Part shown: positions 35,810 to 49,275 of the stretch, in pieces | How the letters are laid out: each line of letters opens with the position of its first letter | How positions within the stretch are numbered: the stretch's first letter is position 1 | NCBI GenBank assembly: GCA_024679065.1 | Contig: JAGIQG010000013.1 | Coordinates: 35,030,001 to 35,094,000, forward strand | Direction: 5' to 3' | From: Sphyrna mokarran | Taxonomy: Eukaryota | DNA length: 64,000 nt | Made by a program: the position numbers and the translations under genes | Notes under the pieces: generated by a model | What the model was told of the DNA's origin: nothing | Databases searched by the model: none | The model's input: only the letters and a program-made list of their open reading frames with translations

Positions 35810-38800
35810 CATAGAAACATAGAAAAACTACAGCACAAACAGGCTCTTCGGCTCACAAGTTGCGCCGAGCATGTCTCTACCTACTAAGCCTACCTATAAC
35901 CCTTTATCTTATTAAGTTCCACGTACTTATCCAAAAGTCTCTTAAAAGACCCTATCAAATCTGCCTCCATCACCACCGGCAGCTGATTCCATGCACCCAC
36001 CACTCTCTGGGTGAAAAACGTACCCCTAGCATCTCCTCTGTACCTACTCTCCAGCACTTTAAACCTGCGTCCTTTTGTGGCAACCATTTCAGCCCTGGGA
36101 AAAAGCCCTTTAGAATCCACTCAATCAATACCTCTCATCACCTTATACACCTCTATCCCAGGAGAAAAGACCGAGCTCCCTCAACCTACCCTCATAAGGC
36201 ATGCCACCCAATCCACGCAACATCCTTGTAAATCTCCCCTGTACCCTTTCTATGGCTTTTACATCCTTTCTGTAATGAGATGACCAGAACTGAGCACAGT
36301 ACTCCAAGCACTGACCAGGGTTTTATACAGCTGCAGCATTATCTCCCGACTCCTAAGCTCAATTCCTTGACTGATGAATGCCAGTACACTATATGCTTTC
36401 TTAACCACAGCCTCTACCTGCAAAGCTACTCTGAGCGTCCTATGAATCCAGACCCCAAGATCCTTCTGATCTTCCACACTGCCAAGAGTCTTACCTTTAA
36501 TATTATAATCTGCCATCATATTTGACCTGCCAAAATGAATTACCACATACTTATCAGAGTTGAAGTCCATCTGCCTCTTCTCCACCCAGTCTTGCATCAT
36601 ATCAATATCTCGCTGCAACTTCTGACATCCTCCACACTCTGCAAACCTCCAACCTTTGTGTCATCAGCAAACTTGCCAACCCATCCCTCCATTCCCTCAT
36701 CCAGGTCATTTATAAAAATCACAAAGAGCAAGGGTCGCAGAACAGATCTCTGGGGCACTCCACTGGTGACCGACCTCCATGCAAAAAAAGACCCATCGAC
36801 AATCACTCTTTGCCTTCTATGTGCAAGCCAATTCTGAATCCATAGAGCAATGTCCCCTTGGATCCCATATCCCCTCATTTTCTCAAATAAGCTTTGCATG
36901 GGGCACCTTATCAAACACCTTGCTGAAGTCCACATAAACCACATCTACTGCTCTTCCTTCGCCAATGTGTTTAGACACATCCTCAAAAAATTCAATCAGG
37001 CTCATCAAGCATGATCTGTCTTTGGCAAAACCAGGCTGACTATTCTTGATCATATTATACCTCTCTAAATGTTCATAAATCTTTTCTCTTAGGATCTTCT
37101 CCATCAATTTATCAACCACTGAGATTAGACTCACCGGTCTATGATTTCCTGGGCTCTCCTTCTCCCTTTCTTGAATAAAGGAACCACATCCACAATCCTC
37201 CAGAACCACTCCTGTCTCCACTGATGACACAAAGATCATTGCCAGAGGCTCAGCAATCTCTTCCCTCGCCTCCCACAGTAATCTGGGCTACATCCCATCC
37301 GGTCCCGGCGACTTACCTACTTGATGCTTTTCAAAAGCACCAACACATCATCTTAATGTCTACATGCCCAAGCTTTTCAGTCCACTGCAAGTCTTACTAT
37401 AACCACCTAGATTCTTTTCCACTGCAAATACTCATTTAGTAAAGTACTCATTGAGCACTTCTGCAATTTCTACCGGTTCTATACAAACCTTCCCACTGTC
37501 ACAATTGATAGGTCCTTCATGTCTTATCCTCTTGCTCTTCACATACTTGTAGAATGCCTTTGTGTTTTCCTTAATCCTACCTGCCAAGGCTTTTTCATGC
37601 CCCCTTCTGGCTCTCCTAATTTTCTCCTTTAATTCCTTCCTACTAACTCCTCTTCTAGATCCCTAGCATTACTGCCTGAACCTTTTGTAAACTTTTCTTT
37701 TCAATACAGCTTTTGTGCACCATGGTTCCTTTAGCCTACCATAACTTCTCTGTCTCATTGGAATGTTGCTGTACAGAACTCATTGGGGTATTAATTATAG
37801 GATGGATGTCAGAGGTAGGTTCTTTACTCAGAGGGTAGTAAGGCCGTAGAATGTCCTGCCTACAGCAGTTGTGGACTCGCCAACTTTAAGGGCGTTCAAA
37901 TGGTCATTGGATAGGCATATGGATAACTTTGGAATAGTTTAGGTTAGACGGTCATTAGATTCGTTTCACTGGTCAGTGCAACATCGAGGGCCAAAGGGCC
38001 TGTACTGTGCTGTAATGTTCCATGTTCTAACTCCAGACAAATATTCCTTGAAAATTTGCCACATTTCTTCTGTACATTTCCCTGAGAAAACCTCTTTCCA
38101 ATTTATGCCTCCAATTTCCTGCCTGATAGCCTCATAATTCCCCTTACTCCAATTAAACGCTTTCCTAGTTTATCTAATCCTTTCTCTCTCCAAAGCCAAT
38201 GTAAAGGAGATAGAGTTATAATCACTATTCCCAAAATGCTCTCCCACTGAGAGATCAGACACCTGTCCAGGTTCATTTCCCAATACCAAATCAAGTACAG
38301 CCTCTCCTCTTGCAGGCTTATTCACATATTGTAACAGAAAATCTTCCTGAACACGCCTAACAAACTCCTCCCCATCTAAACCCTTTGTCTTAGGGAGATT
38401 CCAATCAATATGTGGGAAATTAAAATCTTCCATCACAACAACTCTGTTTTTGTTACATTTTTCCACAATCTGTTTCCCTATCTGTTCCTCAATATCCCTG
38501 TTACTATTGGATGGCCTATATAGATGGCCTAGAGTAAAGTTAGTGACCCCTTCCTGTTCTGAACCTCCACCCACAGAGACTCCATGGACAAACCCTCCAT
38601 GGCGTTCACCTTTTCTACAGCCGTGACACTATCTCTGATCAACAGTGCCACTCCCACCTCTTTTTTTTTTCCCCTCCCTGTCCCTTATGAAACCTGGCAC
38701 TTGAAGTATCCAGTCCTGTGTTTGAGTTATCCAAGTCTCTGTAATGGCCACATCACATTCCCATGTAGGAATCCACACTCTAAGGTCATCCACTTTGTTC

Positions 38801-39068
38801 ACAACTTCCTTGCGTTAAAATAGACACACCTCAAACCTTCAGCCTGAGCACTCCCCTTCTCCATCATCTGCCCACCCATCCCCTCACACTGTCGACAAGC
38901 TGCCTCTATTTGTGAGCTCACCTACTCTCTCCCAGTCACTTCACTTTGATTCCCAACCATTCTAGTTTAAACTCTCCCCAGTAGCCTTAGCAAACCTTCC
39001 CGCCAGGATATTGGTCCCTCTGAGATTCAAGTGAACCCATCCTTTTTGTATAGGTCACACCTGCCCCT
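35810..39068 (-). mobile_element. Long degenerate CR1 (ORF1 end, APE, RT, 3' UTR) with an antisense CR1 3' end inserted at 37782-38028
   Basis: ORF fragments 38170-38574 (APE), 36883-37239, 36597-36944, 36259-36618 and 35890-36120. The insert is flanked by AACTC (37777-37781 and 38029-38033). Confidence 0.88.
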
Positions 39069-39109
39069 AAATCTGCTGGTGGAAATGCCTACAAAATCCC
39101 ACTCGATAT

Positions 39110-40240
39110 CAATAATCTGCAGAAGTCACTGGATACTACAAAGGTTACAGGCACGGACAATATTCCAGAAATAGAACTGAAGAGTTGTGTTTCAAGACAA
39201 GCTGTGCCCTAAGCCAAGATATTCCAGTGTGGCTACAACACTGACATCCACCCAGCTTTATGGAAAAATGCCCAGGTATGTGCTGGATACAAAAGCAATA
39301 CAAATCCAGCCCAGCCAATTAACGCCCCACGTCTATTTTCAATCATCAGGAAAGTGATTATAGGGGTTGTCAACAGTGCTAGCAAGTGATACTTACTTAC
39401 TGATGCTCAGTTTGGATTCCAGCAGAGCCATTCAACTCCTGACCTCTTAGCAGCCTTAGTCCAAACATGAACAGAAGAGCTGAACTCCAGAGGTGAGGCG
39501 AGAGTGACTTCCCTTGACATTAAGGCATCCTTTGACCGAGTGTGGCATCAAAGAGCCTTGGCAAAATGGAAGTCAGTGGGAATCAGGGGAAAATTCTCTG
39601 CTGTTTGGAGTCATACCTAGCACACAGGATGATGGATGTGATTGTTGGAGGTGAATTTCCTCTTCCCAGGACATCGGGGAGGAGTTCCTCAGCAAACTGT
39701 CCCAACCACCTTCAGCCACTGCATCGATGACCTTGTCTCTATCATAAGTGGGTATGTTCACTGATGATTGTACAATGTTCAGCACCAATCAAGACTCCTC
39801 AGATACTGAAGCAGCCCATGTGCAAATGCAGCAAGATCTGGACAGCATTCAGGCTTGGTCTGATAAGTGGCAAGTAATATTCATACCTCAAGTGCCAGTC
39901 AATGACCATTTCCAATGAGACAGAATGCAATTATCTCTCCTTGATACTGCCATCACAGAATCCTCCATTATCAACATCCATAGCAGATGCATGGGAACAC
40001 CATCACCTGGAGGTTCCAATCCAAGTCAACAACCCAACTTGGAAACATATCACTGTTCCTTCCCTGTTGTTGAATCAAATTCCTAAAATTCCCTCTCTCA
40101 CAGCACTGTGGGTGTATCTACACCACAGGGACTGCCGTAGTTCAAGGCGGCAGCTCACCATCACCTTCTCAAGGGCAATTAGAGATGAGTAAATAAATGC
40201 TGGGCTAGACAGTGACACCCATATCCTGTGAAAGAATTTT
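39110..40240 (+). mobile_element. Degenerate LINE of a second CR1/L2-group family
   Basis: Frameshifted RT remnants (LDTTKVTGTDNIP, QFGFQQSHS, LDIKASFDRVWH, MFTDDC); 3' end ...aagggcaattagagatgagtaaataaatgctggg. Confidence 0.7.
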
Positions 40241-40769
40241 AAGAAGGAGCAAGATGGCTGCAAAAATTGCAATGCTGTGAAATAATCCAGCTATGGTCAA
40301 AGAAATAGCACATTCTATATATCCAGTGCCATAACCAACCCTGAGACAACACTGCTTCAGAACAAGTCCCTGGAGAATTTTGTCAACAAATGTGTATTAG
40401 AAATGAACATTTTACGGTGACCATGTGAATGCATTCGACATAAATCTTTTGGCGGTCAGATGCAACCAGACCATTTCAAGATTCAGAGGAAATCCAATTT
40501 AACTATGCTATTTAAAGGGAGATGGTGATGTCTTGATAACATCATGGCCCAGTAATCCAGAGGCTCAGGCTAATGCCCTGGAGGCACGGATTCAAATTCT
40601 ATCACAGCAGCTGGTGGAATTTAAACTCAGTTAATAAAATTTGGAATTGAAAGCTGGTTTCAATAATGATGACTCCAAAAATACATCAGGTTCATTAATG
40701 TGCTTTTGGGAAGGAAGTCTCCATCCTTATCTGTTCTGACCTATTATGACTCCAGATCCACAACAACGT

Positions 40770-41335
40770 CACAGAGTCATAGAGGTTTACAGCATGGAAA
40801 CAGGCTCTTCGCCCCAACTTGTCCATGCCACCCTTTTTTTTGAAACCCTTAAGCTAATCCCAATTGCCCACATTTGGCCCACATTCCTCTATACCAATCT
40901 TACCCATGTAACTGTCTAAACACTTCTGGCAAAATTGTATCCACCTCTACTACTACCTTTCGCAGCTTTCTCCAAGCATCACCATCCTCTGTGTGAGAAA
41001 GTTGGACCTCTGGATCCTTTTGTTTCTCTTCCCTTTGACTTTAAACCTATGCTCTTTAGTTTTAGACTCTCCTACCTTTGGGAAAAGATTTTGACCATCT
41101 GGTTGATTTGTACACCTCATTATTTTATAGACCTCTATAGGATCACCCTGTCTTCTGTACACCAGAAAGATAGTCCTACTCTATCCAGCCTCTTCTTATA
41201 ACTCAAACTATCAAGCCCCGGTAGCATCTTAGTAAATCTTCTCTGCACTATTTCCCATTTAATATCTTTTCTATGATAGGGTGGCTAGAATTGTACACAG
41301 TATTCCAAGTGCGGTCTTCCCAATATTTTGTACAA
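40770..41335 (-). mobile_element. CR1 3' fragment
   Basis: GDPIEVYKIMR...HRFKVKG remnants plus 3' UTR. Confidence 0.75.
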
Positions 41336-43498
41336 CTGTCTTCTCGTGGGATTTTACACGCTGCTGGATTGGGCACATACCTGGTCCAGACAGTAAAATT
41401 CTGGCTCATGCCAGACTAGAAGGTGACAGCTTGACAATAAAGACTTTCTATTTAGGACTCTAGATTAGAAATCCTATAACATAATCACTACAATAACATT
41501 TCATTCAAAAGACAGAGCATTTTCAGCACTGAATTGACCTATCACATTTGATTTTTACACACCAGCCTTGGCATGGATCTTGAATTCTGGAACTTTGGGA
41601 ATCAACTGTAAGGGTTACAAACTGACCTATGTTAAAAGTGCACTCACCTCATATTTTTCTGCCCATTATTTTGGTAGTGAGGAAAGCTAGTTCAAAATCC
41701 ATGGGTTAAGCCCTCAAATAAAAGAATGCCAAAGTAGAGAATTTGTCACTAAAATTGTTGGCGAATTATTTGGTTCCATATATCGTTACAACACTTATTT
41801 ATATCACAGACATTCTCAGAAAATTGTGTCAAAATGGATATTATTAGTTTCGATGTGTGAAAAGCAAATCGACAACTGATGATACTTCCTCTGCAAAGTT
41901 CCCTTTTCAGTTGCACATTTTCAACAATAGCTGGGATATTGAGCATTGAACAAAAAGTTGTATTTTAAAACTTCAACTTCAAATATTCAGCCAAGCAGGG
42001 GAAACAATTCAAAGACAATGTGGGTAAAATTGGGCTCAGTTGCAAGATTTTATTTTGTATAATGAGATGCCTTGAAATTGCAAAAGGGAGAATCAACTAA
42101 TTGCTGGAATGTTTATCTTGGATGATATTCTCTTGAGTTTTGGGTGTTTTTCCAAATTTGTTATACCTTTGAACATTTTGGAGGAAGTGATCTGGCTGGT
42201 GCTAAAATGTTTTTTTTGTATCTTTAAGGCTTATTCACAAACCAGTTAAAATCTTGGCATTGAGCCTAACTGCAGAATAAGCAGAGGTTACACAGAGTAT
42301 GATAAAGCTGTGAGAAGAAGGAGAAGGAGATATAGAAAGATTCTCAGCAGAAGAATACAATGACACAGGGACAGCGTGGAGCAGCTGCTTCTGAAGACTG
42401 GTTTTAATTATACTCAGATACTCTGGAAGCTCCCATTGCACATGAGTGTTTAAAGCTATGATTACAGCATTGTGAACTTCTGCAGCACTAAAAAATTGGG
42501 TGGTTAGTAACTTGTGCTGTGATGAATTGTGTCATGCTTAACTCAAAAGATTTGTTAATGCTGGTGAACACTAAACATTTGCAAAATAGCATGGGTTGCA
42601 ACTTCTGTGCAAAGCCCTGTTCACCATAATACTGAATGCAGACCTTGTGTCAGGATCCTAATGCGCCAAGCACCTCGATGTGTTCATCCATTTGCATTTT
42701 CTCTAGCTTGGCACATTGAATTTCTCACCTGAATACCTGAACAGCATGCAGGACTGGACTGTGAGCAAGCATCTCTTGAAAGTGCGCTTGACCACATTAA
42801 ACTGCTTGTGGTATTGGATCAAGGTCATTGGGCCTATACTTCCAGCACCGATTGCTATGTTTGTCTTTTTCCACTGCCTTCTGTGAAACACAAAACGTTA
42901 GCATGCAGCTACAGTATGTAAATAGGAAAGCAAATGGAATGTTGGCCTTTATTGAAGGAAGATGGGATATAAAAATCAGGAATCTTGCAATCAACAGGAT
43001 GTTAGTAAGACTTCACCCAGGATAACTGTATATAATTCTGTTTAACTTACTTAAGGAGGGTACACTAACATTGGAAGCAATTCAGAGAAGGTTCACTAGC
43101 TTGGCTGATTTCTGGGGTATGAGGGGAAAGACTGTGTAGGTTAGACAGTGAAGGGGTTCATAATCACATAATTTAAAAAAATCACATAAACTGCTATGAG
43201 AAAAGAAACAGAGAATTTTATAAAAGTCTTCACAGATAAGCACCAGGACCTTGAGTGAAAATTCATTAAATCAGACATCTGGAGCTGGGAGAAGAGGCGA
43301 TATACTGACACAAATGGGGATATCAATGATGACTTCTAACAGTGATGAATTAAATCAGCTAACATGATTATATCTTCATGCTGGGTGGATGTTCTAATTA
43401 AGATAATAATCTTTGTGACTGTCTTTAATATCGGTACTTTATGAATGATGTAATTTTAGACAGCCGTTGTGCTTGGATAGAGATAATTCCAATACCCG

Positions 43499-44715
43499 GA
43501 TTTGATTTTATTAGTGTCACATGTATCGGCAAACAGCGAAAAGCATCATTCTCTGCGTGCCGCACACACAAAGCACACCGCACACAGAGCAGGAAAAGAG
43601 AGGCGCAAAATGCAGTCACAGCTAGGAAGATCAAATCCAACACGAGGTCCGTTCAAAAGTCTGATGGCAGAATGGAAGAAGTCACTCCCGAATCACTCAG
43701 CATGTGCCCCCAGGTCCCTGCATCCCCCTCCCCCGAAGAAAGAAGGTGAAAAAGAGAATGTCCAGGGCACATGGAGCCCCCGACCGCATTAACCGCCTCT
43801 TGGAGGCAGCGGGAAATGCACACAGCGTCAATGGATGGGAAGTTGGCCCGAGCGATGGACCGGGTCCCGCCCACAACCCCCTGCAGCCCACTACAATCCC
43901 GGGCAGACAGGAGCCACACCAAGCTGCAACACAACCAAAAAGAGCACCCCCCCCCCCAACACCCCACCTGCCCCCCTCAACACCCCCACCCACCCCCCCA
44001 ACCCCACCCCAACACCCACCACCCCACCCCACCCAACACCCCCACCACCCCCCGCCCCACCCAACAACTCCCCCCACCCCCCCAACACCACCCCCACCCC
44101 CAAACCCCCCCAAACATCCCCCACCCAACCCCCCTCAACCCCCCCTCAACCCCAACCCCACCCCCCCAAAACCCCCCCCACCATGGTGCACCTGCAAAAA
44201 GTGATGAGCATCGCAATAGACATGCCAAATTTCCCCAATCCCCTGAGAAAGCAGAGGTGCTAGCAGGCCCCCCTACCACAACTACAGCATCAGCATGGAG
44301 GGACCCAGAACAAGCTATCGGTGATCTGGACACCCAAAAACCTGAAGCTCCCAATCAACTCCACCCCATGCCCACCAACACATAGGGAGGACCACTGCCC
44401 TTGCACCAGTCCACCAGACCCTCCTCTCCCACCTCCCCCCGCACTCCATCCCATCACTGCCCAAGATCTGCCCCACCACAATCACGCGAGCAGCAAACCC
44501 AAAAATCGAGCTGCAGGGGAACGCGGCCACACAGCCACAGGCACACAAGGAGCACACCAAGGGGCCGAGGACGTAGCCCTGTGGGGCACCGGCACCGAGG
44601 ACGACAGTAGAGGAAGCATCGCCTGCTCCACTCCCAATGGCTGCAATCCGTAGGCCAGCAGGTCCAGGATCGAGCCACAAAAGGACCAGGCCACAAAGTT
44701 TGGAAATGAGTTGGT
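43499..44715 (-). mobile_element. Rex1/Babar-type LINE, heavily A>G mutated, with a central C/A low-complexity tract
   Basis: (GATTT)n tail at 43499. The RT reads GAPQGYVLGPLVCSLCACGCVAAFPCSSIFGFAA versus GAPQGCVLSPLLYSLYIYDCVAKFPSNSGFKFAD in the 7970 copy. Confidence 0.8.
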
Positions 44716-44950
44716 ATATGGAGATTGGTACATGCTAATTAAATGTAATGAAATTTGAAACTATAACTGCTTGTGTATTCCTGAATTCTGGACTCTGGTT
44801 AGTTATTAGCTCTGACCTGTGACTTTCCAGCATCCTTTCTATACAGCTTGAATTAAAAACAGCTGTTTAAGAGAACTCTGTGACTTGGTCTGGTTACTTG
44901 AATGATTCAAATTAGAAGTCTGAATATCAAAGCCTGCAACAGGTAGATAC

Positions 44951-45058
44951 AGATTCAGTTCTGAGGAAGGGTCTCCCAGATTCCAAAGGTTAGCTCTATT
45001 CTCACTCCACAGATGCTGTCGGACCTGCTGAGATTTTCCAGCATTTCCTGTTTGTGTG
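44951..45058 (+). mobile_element. Short Penelope-derived terminal fragment with a degenerate hammerhead core (related fragments at about 29660-29740 and 22478-22545, -)
   Basis: CTGAGGAAGGGTC...CCAAAGGTTAGCTCT...CACAGATGCTGTCGGACCTGCTGAGATTTTCCAGCATTT. Confidence 0.5.
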
Positions 45059-46661
45059 TACAAATGAGAAATGGAAAAATGAGAGGGAATATTGTTGAAA
45101 TAAATGATACTGAATTGGCATGGGAGAACAGGAGTCCTTGACAGTATGGGTGCTGAAAGATCATTTACTGTCACTGAGGAATCTGGAATTAAAAGGCAGT
45201 TTCAAAATAAAGAGTCTTCTATTTAAAACAGAGATGAAGGGCATTTGTTCTTTGAAAGAGTCATTGGAATTTTCTTTGCCAGAGAGCAGTGAAGACTGGT
45301 TCATTTAATATTTTTAAGGTTGAGTTAAACAGAATTTTGATTGACTGAGGAGTTGAGGGTTATGGAATTCAGGCGGGAAAGTGGAATTAAGACTTCATGC
45401 AAATCTGCCACGACCTCATTAAGTGATGGTTCAAACTTAAGAGGCCAAGTAGCCTAATCCTGCTGCTATTTCTTATGTTCTAACCTGGTCAAAAATTTGT
45501 CTTCAGTTGCATGAATATTAAATTTAGTTGCCAATTTCTTTTGCAGAACCTTACTGAAAACCTTTTGGAAATTCATAGAGCACATCCACAGACATTTCTT
45601 TTGTATGGATAGCTATTTTGTCAGGGGTATTTGTGTGCATGTGCGTGTGCATGCGCATGATTCTGGCTATGTCAGTAACAATACTCATTTGGTATCATTT
45701 GTGATAGTGGATAAATAGTAGGGAGAGCCACAGTTACCTCCGTTTCCTTGTCACTGAAACTGGACCTACCCCCTGTCAAGGACCTGTGTCTGCTGATATG
45801 CAATGGCATATCCATGTTAAAAGGCGTCCCACATTGGCCATCTAACTAGAAGAAACCAACACAACGTCCATACAGACAAACCCTGCGAGAGATGATGGGA
45901 CATGACTGTGAAATCTAGAAATCTCTAACTTTGGATCGGTATGTAGGAAATGAAGTTTGATTCAGTTATCCTACCTCTCGAAATGGGGACAGGAGAGCAT
46001 TTTGGCAGCTTCCTTCACAGCTAAGCAGCCCTCTTTAGGATCCACTCTCTGTTCACCCCAAATTTGATTTGATTTGATTTATTATTGTCACAAAAGTGAC
46101 CAAAAGATAGTCTGTTCCATCTGCAATCTGACTGGAAAACTGCATCCAATGGGCTCATCTACCTGCAGTCAGAAAATCGAAGCTGAACACAATCTCAAAA
46201 CCTAGAATGTATAAACCCTTATGGATAATGAACCAAACAATCCATCAGAACAGAGGACTGTAGAGGGAATACAGCGAATGCTTACCAGGCTGGTTCCTGG
46301 GATGGCAGGTCTGTCATATGAGGAGAGATTAAATCGATTAGGAGGCAGATAGGCAGGAAGGGAATTGGTGACCACCAGACAGAGCAAGAGAGATAGGCAG
46401 ATAGAGCAGGAATTTCCTGTGACCACTCCCTTGCAGAACAGATATACCGCTTTGGATACTGTTGAGGGGAATGACCTCTCTAGGGAAAGCAGCAGCAGCC
46501 AAACTCGTTGACTCTTAACAGTCCTCTGCAAATAACCAAGCATACTATTCAGTTCAAGGACAATTAGAGATGGGCAACAAATACTGGCCCTGCCACCAGC
46601 CCCAACGTCCCAGAAAAAGTTATTTTAAAAGCACATATTCAAGCCCAGATCCCAAAGACAT

Positions 46662-46788
46662 AGGCCGGAATTTTACCCTCCTGCCCGCCATGGAAATTGG
46701 AGCAGGCAAGGGCAGATCTTGGAAAGGTCCACCGACCTCAGGCAGGATTTTACAGTTTTGGGATGAGCGAGGATGTAAATTCCTGCCC
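46662..46788. mobile_element. Small MITE with GGC.GGAATTT(T)AC-type TIRs (similar ones at about 4172-4287, 25141-25247, 34917-35048)
   Basis: Left end aggccggaattttac; right end gtaaattcctgccc. Confidence 0.5.
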
Positions 46789-46835
46789 ATTATGCAAATT
46801 GCCACCCTTTTGACCTCCATCCTTTGTTAACTGAC

Positions 46836-46950
46836 CTGTACGTGTTGTCCCTTTACACACACACATCCCACATATGTGCCTGATACACGCGGAGTGTACG
46901 TAAAACAGTATGTTCCATCATGATTGTCCTGCATTTTGGTCTTGAGTGCG
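46836..46950 (-). CDS. TRIM45: TRIM45 coding exon 4 (filamin repeat)
   Basis: ttcatacag|C GCA CTC...GTA CAG|gtcag. Encodes ALKTKMQDNHDGTYCFTYTPRVSGTYVGCVCVKGQHVQ (filamin DNxDGTY motif); 115 nt, phase 2 to 0. Confidence 0.93.
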
Positions 46951-47214
46951 CTGTATGAAAGAGGACCAAAATATTCACCATAAATACTTTCATTCAGTTG
47001 AAAAATGAATTACTACGAACCTATGCACACAATACATTCCGGAGGTTCTCTGTCTCAAAATGTAAGGTGAGCAACCAGTCTATTTTCGATATGTAACACA
47101 GAAGGCTCCTTTAACATTCAGAACTTTAGTTCAATATTCCCACCATAAATTTTAAACACAGTAGTTCATCCAATTCTTTAACTCTTACACAAGCAGCACG
47201 ACAGGTGGCAAGTT

Positions 47215-47560
47215 CAGGGAGATTGAAGGGGCGACCCAATAGAGGTTTACAAAAGTGTAAGAGGCATGGATAGAATGGATAGTTGGAGTCTTTTTCCCAG
47301 GTAGAAATGTCAATTACTAGAGGACATGGTTTTAAAATAAAAGAGGGAAAGTTTAAGCAAGATGTGAGAGACAAGTCTACACAGAGGATGGTGAGTGCCT
47401 GGAAAGCACTGCCAGAGAAGGTGATAGAAGCAGATACAATTGCAACATTTAAGAGGCATCTTGAAAGATATACAAATTGGCAGAGAATAGGGGGATGCAG
47501 ACTGACTGGAGACAAAAGATTTTTAGTTTAGAAAGATGTCATGTGCCAGCACAGCCTTGG
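47215..47560 (+). mobile_element. CR1 3' fragment
   Basis: TRGHGFKIK...WKALPEKVIEADTIATFKRHL. Confidence 0.75.
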
Positions 47561-49145
47561 TGAACCTGGGTCACCATGATTTTTAAAGTTTCCCACTTCT
47601 GGATATTTTTTGGCCTGCAGATCTGGGTCTGATCTGGAGTAATTGATAGAAGCTTGCCATGATAAATACAACCTCTATCATTATTGTGCCATGTGACTGC
47701 CAGGACTGTGGAAGACAAGTTAGTTAAATCTTGGTCTTATCTAGCAATGTCCAGTTCTCATGATCTAATGAAGGAATCTTCTGAAATGTACAAACAGCAA
47801 TATGTAACACAGAAGGCTCCTTTAACATTCAGAACTTTAGTTCCAAATGTTAAGGAGACAAAAATATTGTTTATCTTCTGCTTTTAGTGCTTTGAACTAC
47901 AAGACATGTCTGAACAAGAAAAATATGATTGGAATGATAGCAACCATAAAAGTACATTTTAAACATCCAGTAAAATAAACATAGGCAGAAGAACTAACTT
48001 TAGTATCAGGAGAATGTTTAGGGAAGATTAGCAGTAGTATGTATATAAAAAAAAATTACTCAAAAGAATTTGAGAACAATTAGATCAGGAAATCCTTTCA
48101 AGTAAACAGCTTTGACCATTTATGTAAACTGACTGTTTTCAAAGGATTCAAGACTAGATGCATCATAAGGGATTATCTGCAAACTTGCACCTTTGATAGG
48201 CAAACTAAGGTTTGTAAAGGAGCACATTTTTTAATTGTTATTGGGAAATTTTAAAAAACAGATGAATAACTGTAAAGCTCCTCTCTATAGAGGAGTTAGA
48301 CTGACTATCTATGCCATATATAAATGTTTCTCATACTTGCTCAAAGTGTGGCAGGATCAGGAGAAAGCTAATTGTTGATTCTGGCACATACCAAAAATAG
48401 GTAACAAACACACCCATACAAAAATCTTAGTGAAATAATGATGCAGCAAATGGCAGCTTTCTATGCAGAAATACCTGAAAATCAGATAGAACATAAATAT
48501 ACTCAAAGCAACAGAAATCCACCTGCTTCAGAAAAAAAGCAGACAACTAAGTATTTACTTCTACGAATCATTGGAGAAGTAAATTTCAAAAGAATTAGTA
48601 CAGGAATTGTGCTTTATGCTCAGCAATTAAATAAAGTTTTAAACTTCTAGCACATATATGCTTTGAAGAAAAATTGGATGCTGAATATTAGAATCAGATT
48701 TACTCACTCAGATACAAGCACTTGATCAGAACTGGAATCAAACCCACCATCTTGGTGTGATTAGCACCACATTGTAAATAAATGAGCAAACTGGGGGTGG
48801 AATTTAATATAGCTGACAGGGATCTCTCTTACCATGTTATTTGGAGAAGAGAGTGCCGTACATGTTTCTTTCTGGGAAGGGCCCTCCTTCCCCCATTAAT
48901 TTCCAATCTGACTCTTACTGAATAGTAGTAGGCCTTCCCCAAATTCGAGGCCCATCCCCCCCTGCCTCCCCACTAGCTGTCAGCCAATCGGAGGCCAGAA
49001 CCACTCCGAAGCTCAGTAGTGCCACCAGGGTAGCATTAAATTTCACTGAAGGGGTTAACTAGCTGATCAACAGCCCAAGCTTACCTTAAGCAAAATTGTG
49101 TCAAAAGTTAGTTTACAGCACAGTTAACTTGCACAAAATACTCAC

Positions 49146-49275
49146 CATTCTTTATTCTTCTTGTTGAAGATGCTAACCCGAATGGATTCGTCTCCTTTCC
49201 CCATCTGCTTCCCCGATTGATCATTACAAATCAGTACAAACACACTTGGTTGGTCTTGACGAGCCACATGGAGGC
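49146..49275 (-). CDS. TRIM45: TRIM45 coding exon 3 (filamin repeat)
   Basis: ttcag|GC CTC CAT...GAA TG|gtgag. Encodes GLHVARQDQPSVFVLICNDQSGKQMGKGDESIRVSIFNKKNKE; 130 nt, phase 1 to 2. Confidence 0.92.

Noticed and set aside
43653-44385. Pro-rich and Gly-rich ORFs in all frames
   Set aside because: Products of a C/A low-complexity tract inside a mutated LINE.
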